A stretch of 38,618 bases of DNA, from the sequence record DRR723986_4001; one strand, 5' to 3'. The notes beneath the pieces are model-generated. The model saw nothing but the letters and a program-made list of their open reading frames with translations, searched no databases and was not told the origin of the DNA. The position numbers and the translations under genes are program-made. Positions 19,593-29,941 of this stretch are shown in pieces. Within the stretch, counting starts at the first letter, position 1. Each line of letters begins with the position of its first letter.

Positions 19593-20701
19593 GTGAAGAT
19601 TCCGCCGACAGCGATACCTATGCCCTGAAATCCGGGGCCCTGCCCGAAATTGCCCCACCGGAGGTGGACTACCTGCCGCCCGCGCCTAAAACCTATCGCC
19701 CAAAGATCGGGATGATCGGCACCGGCGGTATCTCGAACAGCCACCTTGATGCCTATCGCACAGCCGGCTGGGAGGTTGCAGGCCTGTAGAACCGCAGCCG
19801 CGACAAGGCCGAGGCCAAGGCGGCTGAGTTCTGCCCCGCTGCGCAGATCTTTGACGATGTAGAGGCCCTTCTGGATCGCGATGACATCGACGTTCTCGAC
19901 ATCACCCTGCCGACCGAGGTCCGCGCCCCGGTGATCGAAGCGGCGTTGAAGGCGGGCAAACATGTGCTTAGTCAAAAGCCGTTTGTCTCCGATCTTGATA
20001 CCGGCGAGGCGCTGGTCAAGCTCGCCGAAGACCAAGGCGTGCAATTGGCGGTCAACCAAAACGGCCGCTGGTCGCCGCATATGGCATGGATGCGCAATGC
20101 CTGCCGGAACGGTCTGATTGGCGATGTCATATCCGTGCACGCCTCTTTGCATTGGAACCACGGCTGGACCGCTGGCACACCGTTCGACAAGATCGAAGAC
20201 CTGATCCTTTACGATTTTGGCATCCATTGGTTCGATTTTCTGTCCTCCATCGCCCTGGATCGCGCCGAGAGTGTGACCGCCTCAGCCGCCCATGCCCGCG
20301 GACAGGCCAATGCCACCCCATTGCTGGCACAGGCATTGATCAAAATGGACGGCGGTCAAGCCAGCCTTGTTTTTGATGGCGGCACGCCGCATGGCCCCCG
20401 AGATACCACTTACATCGGTGGAACCGAGGGCAGTATCGTGGCCAATGGCCCCGATCTTGGCAGCCAGTCCGTGACCCTGACCACGGACGCCGGGATCGCC
20501 CACCCCAAGCTGCGCGGCACTTGGTTCAACGACGGGTTTCAAGGCGCGATGGGCGCGCTGCTCTGTGCCATCGAGGACGGCCGCGCGCCCGTCAATTCCG
20601 CGCGCGACAACCTGACCTCCCTGGCTCTGACTTTCGCCGCCATTGCATCGCGAAAGTCCGGGCAAGAGGTTCCGGTTGGCGAGGTGCGCCGCCTGCCTTA
20701 G
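19589..20701 (+). pseudogene. Gfo/Idh/MocA oxidoreductase interrupted by an in-frame TAG at 19787-19789
   Basis: The 66-aa ORF (GTGGIS) and 256-aa ORF (SQKP, DFGIHW) share one frame; readthrough gives ...EVAGL*NRSRDKAEAKAAEF..., 370 codons in total. Confidence 0.88.
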
Positions 20702-20703
20702 GG

Positions 20704-22218
20704 TCAAAGCAGGTCGACCGGCAGCAGGTCTTGCGGAACGTTCTGATAGCAAACGGGGCGAAGGAAACGGCGGATAGCGAGGGTGCCAACGGATGTCGCA
20801 CCAAAGTTGGTAGAGGCGGGATAGGGGCCACCGTGGACCATCGCATCGCAGACCTCAACGCCGGTCGGAAAACCATTGACCATGATCCTGCCCGCTTTGC
20901 GTTCCAGCACGGGCATCAGCATTTGCGCGATCGGTGTATCGCTGTCGTTCATGTGTAGGGTGCAGGTCAGCTGCCCGTCCAAAGCCTGGGCTATTTCGAG
21001 CATCTCAGAGGTGTCGGCAGCACGGATGATCAGGCCCACGGGGCCAAAGATTTCTTCGCCCAGCGCAGGATTTGCCAGCCATTCTGCCCCGCTGGCGGTG
21101 AATAGGTTGGGCGTTGCAGTGCGGCCTTTGCAAGTCGAGGTGGACAATACCTCAACGCCTGTGTTGGCCGCCATGCGTTCACATCCGTCGCGGTAAGCTG
21201 CGGCGATACCATCCGTCAGCATTGTCTGGGGGCCAACCGGCTGCAGTGATTTGGCCGCGGCGATCGCGAAGGCATCCGCATCTGGTCCGTCCACCATCAC
21301 GACCGTACCTGGATTGGTGCAAAACTGGCCTGCCCCCATGGTCAGTGATCCGGCCCAGCCGGACGCAATTTCGTCGCTGCGCGTCTTGAGCGCTTCTGGA
21401 AGCAGGAACATCGGATTGATGCTGCCGAGCTCGCCGAAAAACGGGATTGGTGTTGGCCGTGCAGCACATAGATCAAACAAGGCACGCCCGCCTCCGAGTG
21501 AGCCGGTAAAGCCCACCGCAGTGATCAGCGGATGCTGGACCAGCGCTTGCCCCATTTCGCGTGTGTCGCCTTGCAAGAAGCTGAACGTGCCCGGCGCGAC
21601 GTCGCATTTGGCAATGGCGGCGCGGATCGCCTCTGCGATGATCTCGCCGGTCCCGGGATGCGCCGGGTGTCCCTTGACCACCACAGGACAGCCCGCCGCC
21701 AACGCCGAGGCAGTGTCACCCCCGGCGGTTGAAAACGCCAAGGGAAAGTTTGACGCGCCAAAGACGGCCACCGGGCCGATGGGGCGTTGCACCATCTTCA
21801 GGTCAGGTCGGGGCAGCGGTGCCCGGTCTGGCAAGGCCGCATCGTGGCGACGGTCGCGGTGCGCACCGCCCAGAATGTGATCGGCGAACAGACGCAACTG
21901 ACCCGTGGTGCGGCCCCTTTCGCCCTGAAGCCGCGCTTCGGGAAGTCCGGTCTCCTGGGTGCCAATCGCGGTGATGTCATCCCCGCGGGCATCAATTTCG
22001 TCTGCGATGGTATTCAGGAACGCCGCGCGTTCTTGAACACCAGAATAGCCAAAGGACCAAAAGGCCTCATGCGCGGCGCAGCAGGCCAGATCAACCTCAG
22101 CGGTGCTGGCCACACAAAAGCTATGGGCTTTGCCGTGCGCAGGCGATGATACGAAACGGACGTCGTTTTCCACCCATTCGCCGTTGATCAGATGTTTGCC
22201 ATGGGGTTGTAATGTCAT
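20704..22218 (-). CDS. NADP-dependent aldehyde dehydrogenase, probable alpha-ketoglutaric semialdehyde dehydrogenase
   Basis: FGASNFPLAFS, GFTGS, ELGSINP, GQFCTNPG, HGGPYPAS; last gene of the arabinose operon. Confidence 0.9.
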   Translation of the reverse strand: MTLQPHGKHLINGEWVENDVRFVSSPAHGKAHSFCVASTAEVDLACCAAHEAFWSFGYSGVQERAAFLNTIADEIDARGDDITAIGTQETGLPEARLQGERGRTTGQLRLFADHILGGAHRDRRHDAALPDRAPLPRPDLKMVQRPIGPVAVFGASNFPLAFSTAGGDTASALAAGCPVVVKGHPAHPGTGEIIAEAIRAAIAKCDVAPGTFSFLQGDTREMGQALVQHPLITAVGFTGSLGGGRALFDLCAARPTPIPFFGELGSINPMFLLPEALKTRSDEIASGWAGSLTMGAGQFCTNPGTVVMVDGPDADAFAIAAAKSLQPVGPQTMLTDGIAAAYRDGCERMAANTGVEVLSTSTCKGRTATPNLFTASGAEWLANPALGEEIFGPVGLIIRAADTSEMLEIAQALDGQLTCTLHMNDSDTPIAQMLMPVLERKAGRIMVNGFPTGVEVCDAMVHGGPYPASTNFGATSVGTLAIRRFLRPVCYQNVPQDLLPVDLL

Positions 22219-22230
22219 GGTTTGCTCTCC

Positions 22231-23148
22231 TCATTTGCCCCAGCGCAAGGCGATGAGGTCATGCTCACTTGCCAGTTGCAGCAATCGGGCTTTGGTTCTT
22301 TGGGACATAGGCTTTAGCGGGTGGCGCACGTGGTCCGATCCAATGACGCCCCCCGCCATCATGACGGTTTTGGCCGCGCGCAACCCACATTGGCGGTTCT
22401 CGTGGTTGATCAACGGCAAACACAGTTTCCATTGCTCCAATGCACCATCCAAATCGCCCGCTAGATACCGGGTGACGATGGGCCGGATCAGTTCCGGTTG
22501 CAGTGCGGAGGTCATGGTGCCTTTTGCGCCTGCGTCCAGATCGGCCAATAGTGTGACGGCCTCTTCGCCATCAAAAGGCCCGACGATGTGATCACCGCCC
22601 GCGTCGATCAAAGCGGCGAGTTTGTCCGCAGCGAAGGGCGTTTCCATTTTGAAATAGCTGACATTCTCAATCTCGCGGGCCATTTTCACCAATGTTGGCA
22701 CTGTCAGGGTGACGCCCGACAGTGGTGCATCCTGCACCATGATCGGGATGTTGGCAGCCTCGGAAACCGCTTGAAAATGTTCAAAAACCCCTACTTCGGA
22801 TGGAACAAGTCCGACACCATGATAGGGCGGCATCATCATGATCATCGATGCGCCCATGGCCTCAGCTTCAACCGCGCGTGCCACCGCGATCTGCGTGGAA
22901 AAGTGACTGGTGGTAACAATCATCGGCACACGACCCGCCACATGTTCGAGGCTCACACGGGTTAGTCTGGCGCGTTCTTCGTCAGACAGGACAAATTGTT
23001 CGGAATAGTTCGCCAGAATACAGATGGCATCGACCCCTTGGTCAATCATGCAATCCAATACCCGGCGCATTCCGTCTTCATCTACGGTGCCATCAGACTG
23101 AAAAGGCGTTGGCGCAACGGGCAGGATGCCTGTTAGTGGATTTTGCAT
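22231..23148 (-). CDS. L-2-keto-3-deoxyarabonate dehydratase (DHDPS family)
   Basis: ILANYSEQF, MPPYHG, QDAP, YFKME, DGEEA, LPLINHENRQ, matching the Azospirillum-type L-KDA dehydratase as I recall it. Confidence 0.88.
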   Translation of the reverse strand: MQNPLTGILPVAPTPFQSDGTVDEDGMRRVLDCMIDQGVDAICILANYSEQFVLSDEERARLTRVSLEHVAGRVPMIVTTSHFSTQIAVARAVEAEAMGASMIMMMPPYHGVGLVPSEVGVFEHFQAVSEAANIPIMVQDAPLSGVTLTVPTLVKMAREIENVSYFKMETPFAADKLAALIDAGGDHIVGPFDGEEAVTLLADLDAGAKGTMTSALQPELIRPIVTRYLAGDLDGALEQWKLCLPLINHENRQCGLRAAKTVMMAGGVIGSDHVRHPLKPMSQRTKARLLQLASEHDLIALRWGK

Positions 23149-23235
23149 CGCGGTTCTCCTTGATTACCGGGGCGGTCGTTCGGTGTTGAGCATGGCCAAG
23201 AGCCATCGCGCAGCAAAACGGCCATCTGCAGGGGC

Positions 23236-24165
23236 TTATTCGAAAAAAGGGGCGACCGAGATGCGGCGTCCCAGGGTGAAGGCATCAGCTACATGGCGCA
23301 TCGGGGCCAAGTCCATGTCGATACCACCATGGCTGACCAAATCAGCCATCCGCGCGTAAAGTCTGGGATATTCGCCTTGCAGGCTCAATTGATCCTGATC
23401 CAGTATGTCCGAGCCGTCGATGGTCAGCTTCGCGCCTCCCTCTGACAGAACCAGCGTGCCTTGCCCGGTTTCCACTTCGATGGTCCAGATTTGTTCACCG
23501 CTTTGCCGGAAATCAAAAACCGCACCGACCTGCGCCCCCTTGGGGTGGCTGAATTCCATCGAGGCCGCAATGGGGGTCTGACAGTTTTCCGGAACCTCCA
23601 AAAGTGCGCTTTGCACGTGGATCGGGTCTGGCAGGATTTCTGTCACAATGGACAGCGCATTGATGCCTGGGTCAAACACGCCCAGACCACCCGGTTGCCA
23701 GATCCAGTCCTGGCCCGGATGCCAGCGGCGCACGTCTTCTTTCCATGTGACAGACAGCCTGCGCAGGGTTTTGTCGGCCAACCACTGTTTGGCATATGCA
23801 ACTCCTGCCGCTTCGCGCGAGTGCCAGGTTGCAAAGAGCGACACCCGGTGTTCTCTCGCCACGGCCTCAAGCCTGTGGCATTCTGACAATGTCGCCCCCG
23901 GTGGTTTCTCCAGCATGACGTGCCGACCGGCCCGAATGGCCGATTGGGCCGCCGCATAGCGCGGCACCGGCGGCAGGCAGAGCGAGACGACGCGAATGTC
24001 ACCACAACTCTGCAACATCTCTTCCAGATCGGTATAGGCATCGACACCCTCGACCGTGCCGCGGCGGGACACAGTGGCGGCCAGTTCCCAGTCAGAGGAT
24101 GCAGCGATAGCTGGCACATGCTGATCCACGGCAATCTTGCCGATCCCTACAAGAGCGATTTTCAT
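23236..24165 (-). CDS. L-arabinose/D-galactose 1-dehydrogenase (Gfo/Idh/MocA)
   Basis: GIGKIAVDQH, LEKPP, WKEDVRRWHPGQDWIW, GVFDPGINALS; TGATG overlap with the upstream gene. Confidence 0.9.
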   Translation of the reverse strand: MKIALVGIGKIAVDQHVPAIAASSDWELAATVSRRGTVEGVDAYTDLEEMLQSCGDIRVVSLCLPPVPRYAAAQSAIRAGRHVMLEKPPGATLSECHRLEAVAREHRVSLFATWHSREAAGVAYAKQWLADKTLRRLSVTWKEDVRRWHPGQDWIWQPGGLGVFDPGINALSIVTEILPDPIHVQSALLEVPENCQTPIAASMEFSHPKGAQVGAVFDFRQSGEQIWTIEVETGQGTLVLSEGGAKLTIDGSDILDQDQLSLQGEYPRLYARMADLVSHGGIDMDLAPMRHVADAFTLGRRISVAPFFE

Positions 24166-25907
24166 CAATGGGAGTCCTTTCCAACAGGTGCGCCGCGGCA
24201 CCCTTTGAGAAAATTGAGGTCCGCGCCCGTGTCGGCCCCTTCGACATGCGCCTGATGCAGCCAGGCATAGCCCGAAGCGGCCATCTCATGACGCGGTGTC
24301 CATTTCGAAAGACGCGCTGCCAGATCAGCCTCGGATATCTCCAAATGCAACCGGCGGCCTGCCACATCGACCTCGATCATGTCACCGTTTTGAACCACCG
24401 CTAGCGGCCCGCCTGCGGCAGCTTCGGGGGAGGTGTGCAGAATAACAGTGCCGTAAGCTGTGCCGGACATGCGGGCGTCCGAAATGCGAATCATGTCCTT
24501 GATCCCTTTCTTCAGCACCTTTGGGGGCAGGCCCATGTTGCCGACCTCGGCCATGCCGGGATAGCCTTTAGGCCCACAATTTTTCAGCACCATGATACAG
24601 GTTTCGTCAATATCAAGCGTATCATCGTTGATCCGCGCCTTGTAATCGTCAATGTCCTCAAACACGACAGCCCGGCCACGGTGCTGCATCAGGTGCGGTG
24701 ACGCGGCGGAGGGTTTCAAGATCGCGCCCCGCGGGGCGAGGTTGCCTTTCAGGACTGCGATACCGCCATTTGTGGTGAGCGGTTTATCCACCGGCCGGAT
24801 CACATCTTCGTTCCAGTTGACCGCCTCTTTGACTTCATCCCAGACGGTTTCACCCGAAACCGTCAGCGCATTTTTGTGAAGTTTGCCAGCCTCACCCAAG
24901 CGTTTGAGAACGACAGGCAATCCGCCGGCATAAAAGAACTCTTCCATCAAGTATTCGCCTGAGGGCTGGAGGTTCAGAATGGTCGACACGTCGCGCCCGC
25001 AGCGATCCCAATCATCCAATGTGACGTCCACGCCTATGCGCCCGGCAATGGCCAACATATGCACGACCGTGTTTGTCGAGCCGCCAACCGCGCCATTGCA
25101 ACGGATCGCGTTCTCAAACGCGTTTTTGGTCAGAATGTCGGAAGGTTTCAGATCGTCTTTCACCATCTGCACAATCCGGCGGCCGGACAATTGCGCCATC
25201 ACGCGGCGGCGGCTGTCAACGGCGGGGATCGCCGCATTGCCGGAGAGCGCCATGCCGAGAGCTTCGGACATGGACGCCATGGAAGAGGCGGTGCCCATCG
25301 TGTTGCAGGTGCCCGAAGACCGGGTCACGGCGGATTCAGCACTCAGAAACGCCTCTTGGGTCATCTCTCCGGCTTTCACGGCTTCGGAAAAACGCCACAA
25401 ATGCGTGCCCGCCCCGACCCGTTCCCCTTGGAACCAGCCGTTCAGCATTGGCCCACCCGTGACCACGATTGAGGGGAGGTCGCAGGACGCGGCCGCCATC
25501 AACAAGGACGGCGTGGTCTTGTCACAGCCCACCATCAGCACGCATCCATCCATGGGTTGACCACGGATCTGTTCCTCGATCGACAACGCCGCAAGATTGC
25601 GAAACATCATCGCCGTCGGGCGAAAGGTGTTCTCTGACGCTGAAAAAACCGGCACTTCCATCGGAAAACCGCCGGCTTCCCAAATCCCAGCTTTAACCTT
25701 TTCCGCCAATTCCCGCAGATGGCCATTGCAGGGGGTCATGTCTGACCAAGTGTTCAAAATGCCGATGATCGGGCGACCATCGAACAGATCATCCGGGTAG
25801 CCTTGATTTTTCATCCAGCCGCGGTGGTAGATCACGTCCTTGGTGCTGCCTTCGTACCATGCGGCAGAGCGCAGCTTGCGGGGCCATTTTGCGGGCTTAA
25901 ATTGCAT
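24165..25907 (-). CDS. araD: L-arabinonate dehydratase (IlvD/Edd family)
   Basis: TPCN, GCDKT, GTCNTMGTAS, DARMSGT motifs; operon context. Confidence 0.88.
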   Translation of the reverse strand: MQFKPAKWPRKLRSAAWYEGSTKDVIYHRGWMKNQGYPDDLFDGRPIIGILNTWSDMTPCNGHLRELAEKVKAGIWEAGGFPMEVPVFSASENTFRPTAMMFRNLAALSIEEQIRGQPMDGCVLMVGCDKTTPSLLMAAASCDLPSIVVTGGPMLNGWFQGERVGAGTHLWRFSEAVKAGEMTQEAFLSAESAVTRSSGTCNTMGTASSMASMSEALGMALSGNAAIPAVDSRRRVMAQLSGRRIVQMVKDDLKPSDILTKNAFENAIRCNGAVGGSTNTVVHMLAIAGRIGVDVTLDDWDRCGRDVSTILNLQPSGEYLMEEFFYAGGLPVVLKRLGEAGKLHKNALTVSGETVWDEVKEAVNWNEDVIRPVDKPLTTNGGIAVLKGNLAPRGAILKPSAASPHLMQHRGRAVVFEDIDDYKARINDDTLDIDETCIMVLKNCGPKGYPGMAEVGNMGLPPKVLKKGIKDMIRISDARMSGTAYGTVILHTSPEAAAGGPLAVVQNGDMIEVDVAGRRLHLEISEADLAARLSKWTPRHEMAASGYAWLHQAHVEGADTGADLNFLKGCRGAPVGKDSH

Positions 25908-25908
25908 C

Positions 25909-27138
25909 TTAAGACTGCTTCGATTTGTTGTAGACGTCAAAGATCACCGCTGCGAGCAGGACCAGACCCTTGATCACCTGCTGATAATCAATGCCGATGC
26001 CAAGGATCGACATGCCGTTGTTGAGCACCCCCATCAAGAAGGCCCCGACCACCGCACCGACAATCCTGCCGACGCCGCCTGACATCGACGCCCCGCCGAT
26101 GAAAACAGCCGCGATCACATCCAGTTCCAGCGCAAAGCCCGCCTTTGGCGTCGCGGAATTAAGCCGCGCGGCAAAAACCAGACCAGCCGCAGCCGCCAGC
26201 ACGCCCATATTGGCAAAGGCCAGAAAGGTCAGACGCTCGGTCTTCACGCCAGAGAGTTTCGCCGCCTTCTCATTGCCGCCCAGCGCGTAGATGCGCCGCC
26301 CCGTCACCGTGCGCTCGGTGAAGAACGCATAAATGATCGTCAGAACACCCATCGTCAAAAGCACATTGGGCAGGCCGCGGAAGGTCGACAGTTTGTAAAA
26401 GATAAAGATCAACGCCAATGAGGTGATCCCGATCCGCGCATAGAAAAAGGCGGCGGGCTCCACATCCATGCCGAAGGCACGGTTTTGGGCGCGGGCCTTC
26501 AGCCCCATATAGGTGATCAAACAGGCGGCAGTCAGACCCGTCGCCAGCGACAACACGTTGATCCGTTTTTCCCCGAACAGATCCGCTAGGCCGGTCGCCA
26601 GATCCGCGGGGAATATGTCGGGCACAAATCCATTCGAAATCATCTGGAATTCGCGTGGAAACGGGCCCAGGGATTGCCCTTCCAGCAGCCAAAGCGACAG
26701 GCCACGAAACACAAGCATCGCAGCCAGCGTCACAATAAACGACGGGATCTTCCAATAGGCGATCCAGTACCCCTGTGCCGCGCCGATCAGCCCACCGGCA
26801 AGAAGACAGGTCGCGATTGTCACCCCTGTGGACATGTCCCATTCCACAATCATGACAGCGGCAAGCGCGCCGACAAACCCCATGACAGAACCGACCGAAA
26901 GGTCGATATGGCCCGCCACAATCACGATCAACATGCCCAAGGCCATGATGATGATATAACTGTTCTGCAACAGCAGGTTGGTGACATTCACAGGCTTCAA
27001 TAGCGTGCCATTTGTGACGATCTGAAAGAAAAACATGATGGCGATCAGGGCAAACAAGAGGCCATACTCGCGCATGTGCCCCATCAAATATGCACCGATG
27101 CCCGAGCCGTTCGCGGCCTCTGCATTGCGATCTGTCAT
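25909..27138 (-). CDS. mmsB: Multiple monosaccharide ABC transporter permease (MmsB/GguB)
   Basis: GHIDLSVGS, ARLNSATPKAG, ELDVIAAVFIGG; downstream of chvE-mmsA. Confidence 0.93.
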   Translation of the reverse strand: MTDRNAEAANGSGIGAYLMGHMREYGLLFALIAIMFFFQIVTNGTLLKPVNVTNLLLQNSYIIIMALGMLIVIVAGHIDLSVGSVMGFVGALAAVMIVEWDMSTGVTIATCLLAGGLIGAAQGYWIAYWKIPSFIVTLAAMLVFRGLSLWLLEGQSLGPFPREFQMISNGFVPDIFPADLATGLADLFGEKRINVLSLATGLTAACLITYMGLKARAQNRAFGMDVEPAAFFYARIGITSLALIFIFYKLSTFRGLPNVLLTMGVLTIIYAFFTERTVTGRRIYALGGNEKAAKLSGVKTERLTFLAFANMGVLAAAAGLVFAARLNSATPKAGFALELDVIAAVFIGGASMSGGVGRIVGAVVGAFLMGVLNNGMSILGIGIDYQQVIKGLVLLAAVIFDVYNKSKQS

Positions 27139-27149
27139 GTCCCTGTCTC

Positions 27150-28673
27150 CTATTCGGTCACGATGAGCGACATGATGCGCTCTTGGCTGGCTTCTTCGGC
27201 GGTCAATTCACCGACAAAAGCGCCCTCATTCATTACGTAGATGCGATCACACATGCCCAGAAGCTCGGGCATTTCAGAGGAAATCATCACGACCCCTTTG
27301 CCCTGCGCGGACAGTTCGTTGATGATTCCGTAAATTTCAAATTTGGCGCCTACATCGATGCCACGGGTCGGTTCATCAAGGATCAGAACCTCTGGCCCGG
27401 CAAACAGCCACTTGGACAGGACAACCTTTTGCTGATTGCCGCCGGACAGGTTCATCACCTTCTGGAAAACGCTTGGTGTCCTGATGTTGAGTGCTGCGCG
27501 ATATTTCTCTGCCACTTGGGTTTCGCCCGCTTCGTTCAGGATCGAGTTGCGCGACACCTGCGGTAAATTGGCCAGTGTGATATTGCGCTGGATGGTTTCA
27601 TCCAGCACGAGGCCAAGCGATTTCCGATCTTCGGTCACATAGGCAAGGCCCGCCTCAATTGCGCCAGACACAGAACTGACATTCGCCGGTGCCCCGTTCA
27701 TTTCCAGGCGGCCCGAAATATTCCGGCCATAGGAGCGGCCAAAAATACTCATCGCCAGTTCCGTGCGTCCGGCGCCCATGAGCCCGGCGATGCCAACAAC
27801 TTCGCCCGCACGGACGGTCATATTCACATCTTTGATCATCTGCCGGTCGGCGTGGATCGGGTGCCAGACGTTCCAGTCCTTGACCTCCATCAGGATCTCG
27901 CCCGCACGTCGCTCACGTTCGGGGTAACGGTCAGCCATGTCGCGGCCCACCATATCACGGACAATCCTGTCTTCGGTGATCTCGCCCTTGGCGGTGTTCA
28001 TGGTGGAAACGGTGGTTCCATCGCGAATGACGGTCACGGTGTCGGCCACGCGGCGGACTTCGTTCAATTTGTGGCTGATGATGATCTGGGTGACGCCCTG
28101 CTGCTTGAGTTCCAGCATCAGATCCAAAAGGGCTTGGCTGTCACTTTCGGACAGGGCCGCCGTCGGTTCATCGAGGATCAGCAGACGAACCTCTTTCGAC
28201 AGTGCCTTGGCAATCTCTACCAGCTGTTGTTTGCCCACACCCAACTTGTCGACAATGGCGCTTGGTGGTTCCGTCAGGCCAACTTTTCTCAAGAGCGCTT
28301 CGGTGCGCTGGTTTGTGTCGCGCCAGTCAATGATACCGCCGTGGCTGCATTCGTTCCCAAGAAACAGGTTCTCGGCAATCGACAGAAGCGGGACAAGTGC
28401 CAGTTCCTGATGAATGATGATGATCCCGCGCGCCTCGGAATCGGAGATGCCCGCAAATTCCGCCAACGCGCCGTCATAATGTATTTCACCATCATAGGTG
28501 CCTGTCGGATAGACCCCGGACAACACTTTCATCAGTGTTGATTTGCCCGCACCGTTTTCGCCGCAGATGGCATGGATTTCACCTTGGTGGACGGCAAGGT
28601 TGACCGTGTCGAGCGCCTTGACCCCAGGGAATTCCTTGGTGATCGCGCGCATTTCGAGTAGCGTCTTCATCAT
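27150..28673 (-). CDS. mmsA: Multiple monosaccharide ABC transporter ATP-binding protein (MmsA/GguA)
   Basis: [34 protein letters not shown]; start is ATG 28673 or 28670. Confidence 0.93.
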   Translation of the reverse strand: MMKTLLEMRAITKEFPGVKALDTVNLAVHQGEIHAICGENGAGKSTLMKVLSGVYPTGTYDGEIHYDGALAEFAGISDSEARGIIIIHQELALVPLLSIAENLFLGNECSHGGIIDWRDTNQRTEALLRKVGLTEPPSAIVDKLGVGKQQLVEIAKALSKEVRLLILDEPTAALSESDSQALLDLMLELKQQGVTQIIISHKLNEVRRVADTVTVIRDGTTVSTMNTAKGEITEDRIVRDMVGRDMADRYPERERRAGEILMEVKDWNVWHPIHADRQMIKDVNMTVRAGEVVGIAGLMGAGRTELAMSIFGRSYGRNISGRLEMNGAPANVSSVSGAIEAGLAYVTEDRKSLGLVLDETIQRNITLANLPQVSRNSILNEAGETQVAEKYRAALNIRTPSVFQKVMNLSGGNQQKVVLSKWLFAGPEVLILDEPTRGIDVGAKFEIYGIINELSAQGKGVVMISSEMPELLGMCDRIYVMNEGAFVGELTAEEASQERIMSLIVTE

Positions 28674-28694
28674 CCCGCCCACATGAATATCAGA

Positions 28695-28720
28695 GTCTGC
28701 CCACCCAAAGGCGGACAGAC
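28695..28720 (-). terminator. Stem-loop between chvE and mmsA
   Basis: Minus strand GTCTGTCCGCC-TTTG-GGTGGGCAGAC, 11-bp stem including two G-U pairs. Confidence 0.6.
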
Positions 28721-28736
28721 CCAGGGAGAATTCCGG

Positions 28737-29789
28737 TTACTGGACTTCGTCCATCGTATAGTAACCGGACCCGATGATCACCTCTTCCCAGTTGGACAGA
28801 TCCACTGAGACCGGTTCAAGAAGGTAGCTTGGGATAACCTTGACACCGTTATCGTAAGTCGAGGTATCGTTGATTTCGGGCTCGCCGCCCTCAATCAATG
28901 CATCCACCATACCAACGGTCACGCGGGCCAGCTCGCGGGTGTCTTTGAAAACAGTCGAATACTGCTCACCTGCCAGCATAGATTTCACAGAACGCAGTTC
29001 GGCATCCTGGCCTGTCACAATCGGCATCGGCTGATCGCCAGATCCGTAACCCACACCTTTGAGAGATGAGATAATGCCAATCGACAGCCCATCGTAGGGC
29101 GCCAATACGCCGTGAACCTGCGCATCCGTGTAATGCGCCGACAACAGGTTATCCATACGGGCCTGTGCCACTGCACCGTCCCAGCGCAGTGTGCCGACAG
29201 TTTCCATGCCCATCTGGCCGGACACGATGTTTACGGTGCCATCTGCAATCAACGGATCCAGAACAGACATCGCACCGTTGTAAAAGAAATAGGCGTTGTT
29301 GTCGTCCGGCGAACCGCCAAAAAGCTCAACGTTGTAAGGGCCGTTTCCAAAGCGTTCTTTGAGGCCATCAACCAGCGATGTGGCCTGCTGCACACCAACT
29401 TTGAAGTTGTCAAAGGTTGCATAGTAATCCACATGTGCACTGTCGCGGATCAGCCGGTCATAGGCGATCACTTTGATATCGGCGAAATGGGCGTTTTCCA
29501 GTGCATTTGACAATGTGGTGCCGTCAATAGCAGCAATCACCAGAACGTCGACACCATTGGTGATCATGTTTTCGATCTGGGCCAACTGGTTGGGGATGTC
29601 GTCTTCGGCGTATTGCAAGATCGTGTCATAGCCAGCGGCATTGAACTGTTCGACCATCGAATTGCCGTCAGAGATCCAGCGGGCCGATGATTGTGTTGGC
29701 ATCGCAATACCGACCGTTCCATCAGCATAGGCAGCAGCAGACACAAATGCAGTCGCCGCCGCCGTCAAAAGCAGGCGCGTAAATTTCAT
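28737..29789 (-). CDS. chvE: Multiple monosaccharide-binding periplasmic protein ChvE/SbpA
   Basis: GGGAGG RBS; signal peptide; [42 protein letters not shown]. Confidence 0.94.
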   Translation of the reverse strand: MKFTRLLLTAAATAFVSAAAYADGTVGIAMPTQSSARWISDGNSMVEQFNAAGYDTILQYAEDDIPNQLAQIENMITNGVDVLVIAAIDGTTLSNALENAHFADIKVIAYDRLIRDSAHVDYYATFDNFKVGVQQATSLVDGLKERFGNGPYNVELFGGSPDDNNAYFFYNGAMSVLDPLIADGTVNIVSGQMGMETVGTLRWDGAVAQARMDNLLSAHYTDAQVHGVLAPYDGLSIGIISSLKGVGYGSGDQPMPIVTGQDAELRSVKSMLAGEQYSTVFKDTRELARVTVGMVDALIEGGEPEINDTSTYDNGVKVIPSYLLEPVSVDLSNWEEVIIGSGYYTMDEVQ

Positions 29790-29914
29790 TGTTTCCTCCC
29801 AAGGATGCGCGTTCAATCCAGATGTGTCGCGCGTTTCTCTTTGCGAGCGATGAGGCTCCTGCCTTGCATAGCGCAGGATCTCATGACAATAAAATGTAAG
29901 TATTGGTGAATAAC

Positions 29915-29930
29915 ATATCAATATTGATAT
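29915..29930. promoter_or_regulatory. Probable LysR (GbpR) binding site
   Basis: Perfect 16-bp palindrome ATATCAATATTGATAT in the AT-rich chvE/LysR divergent region. Confidence 0.7.
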
Positions 29931-29941
29931 ATTGGTGACTT

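Noticed and set aside
18327-19658. 443-aa minus-strand ORF
   Set aside because: Antisense to a clear Gfo/Idh/MocA gene; no recognisable domain.
19787-19789. Programmed amber recoding (pyrrolysine or readthrough)
   Set aside because: No pyl genes or recoding signal seen; a single TGG>TAG change is simpler.
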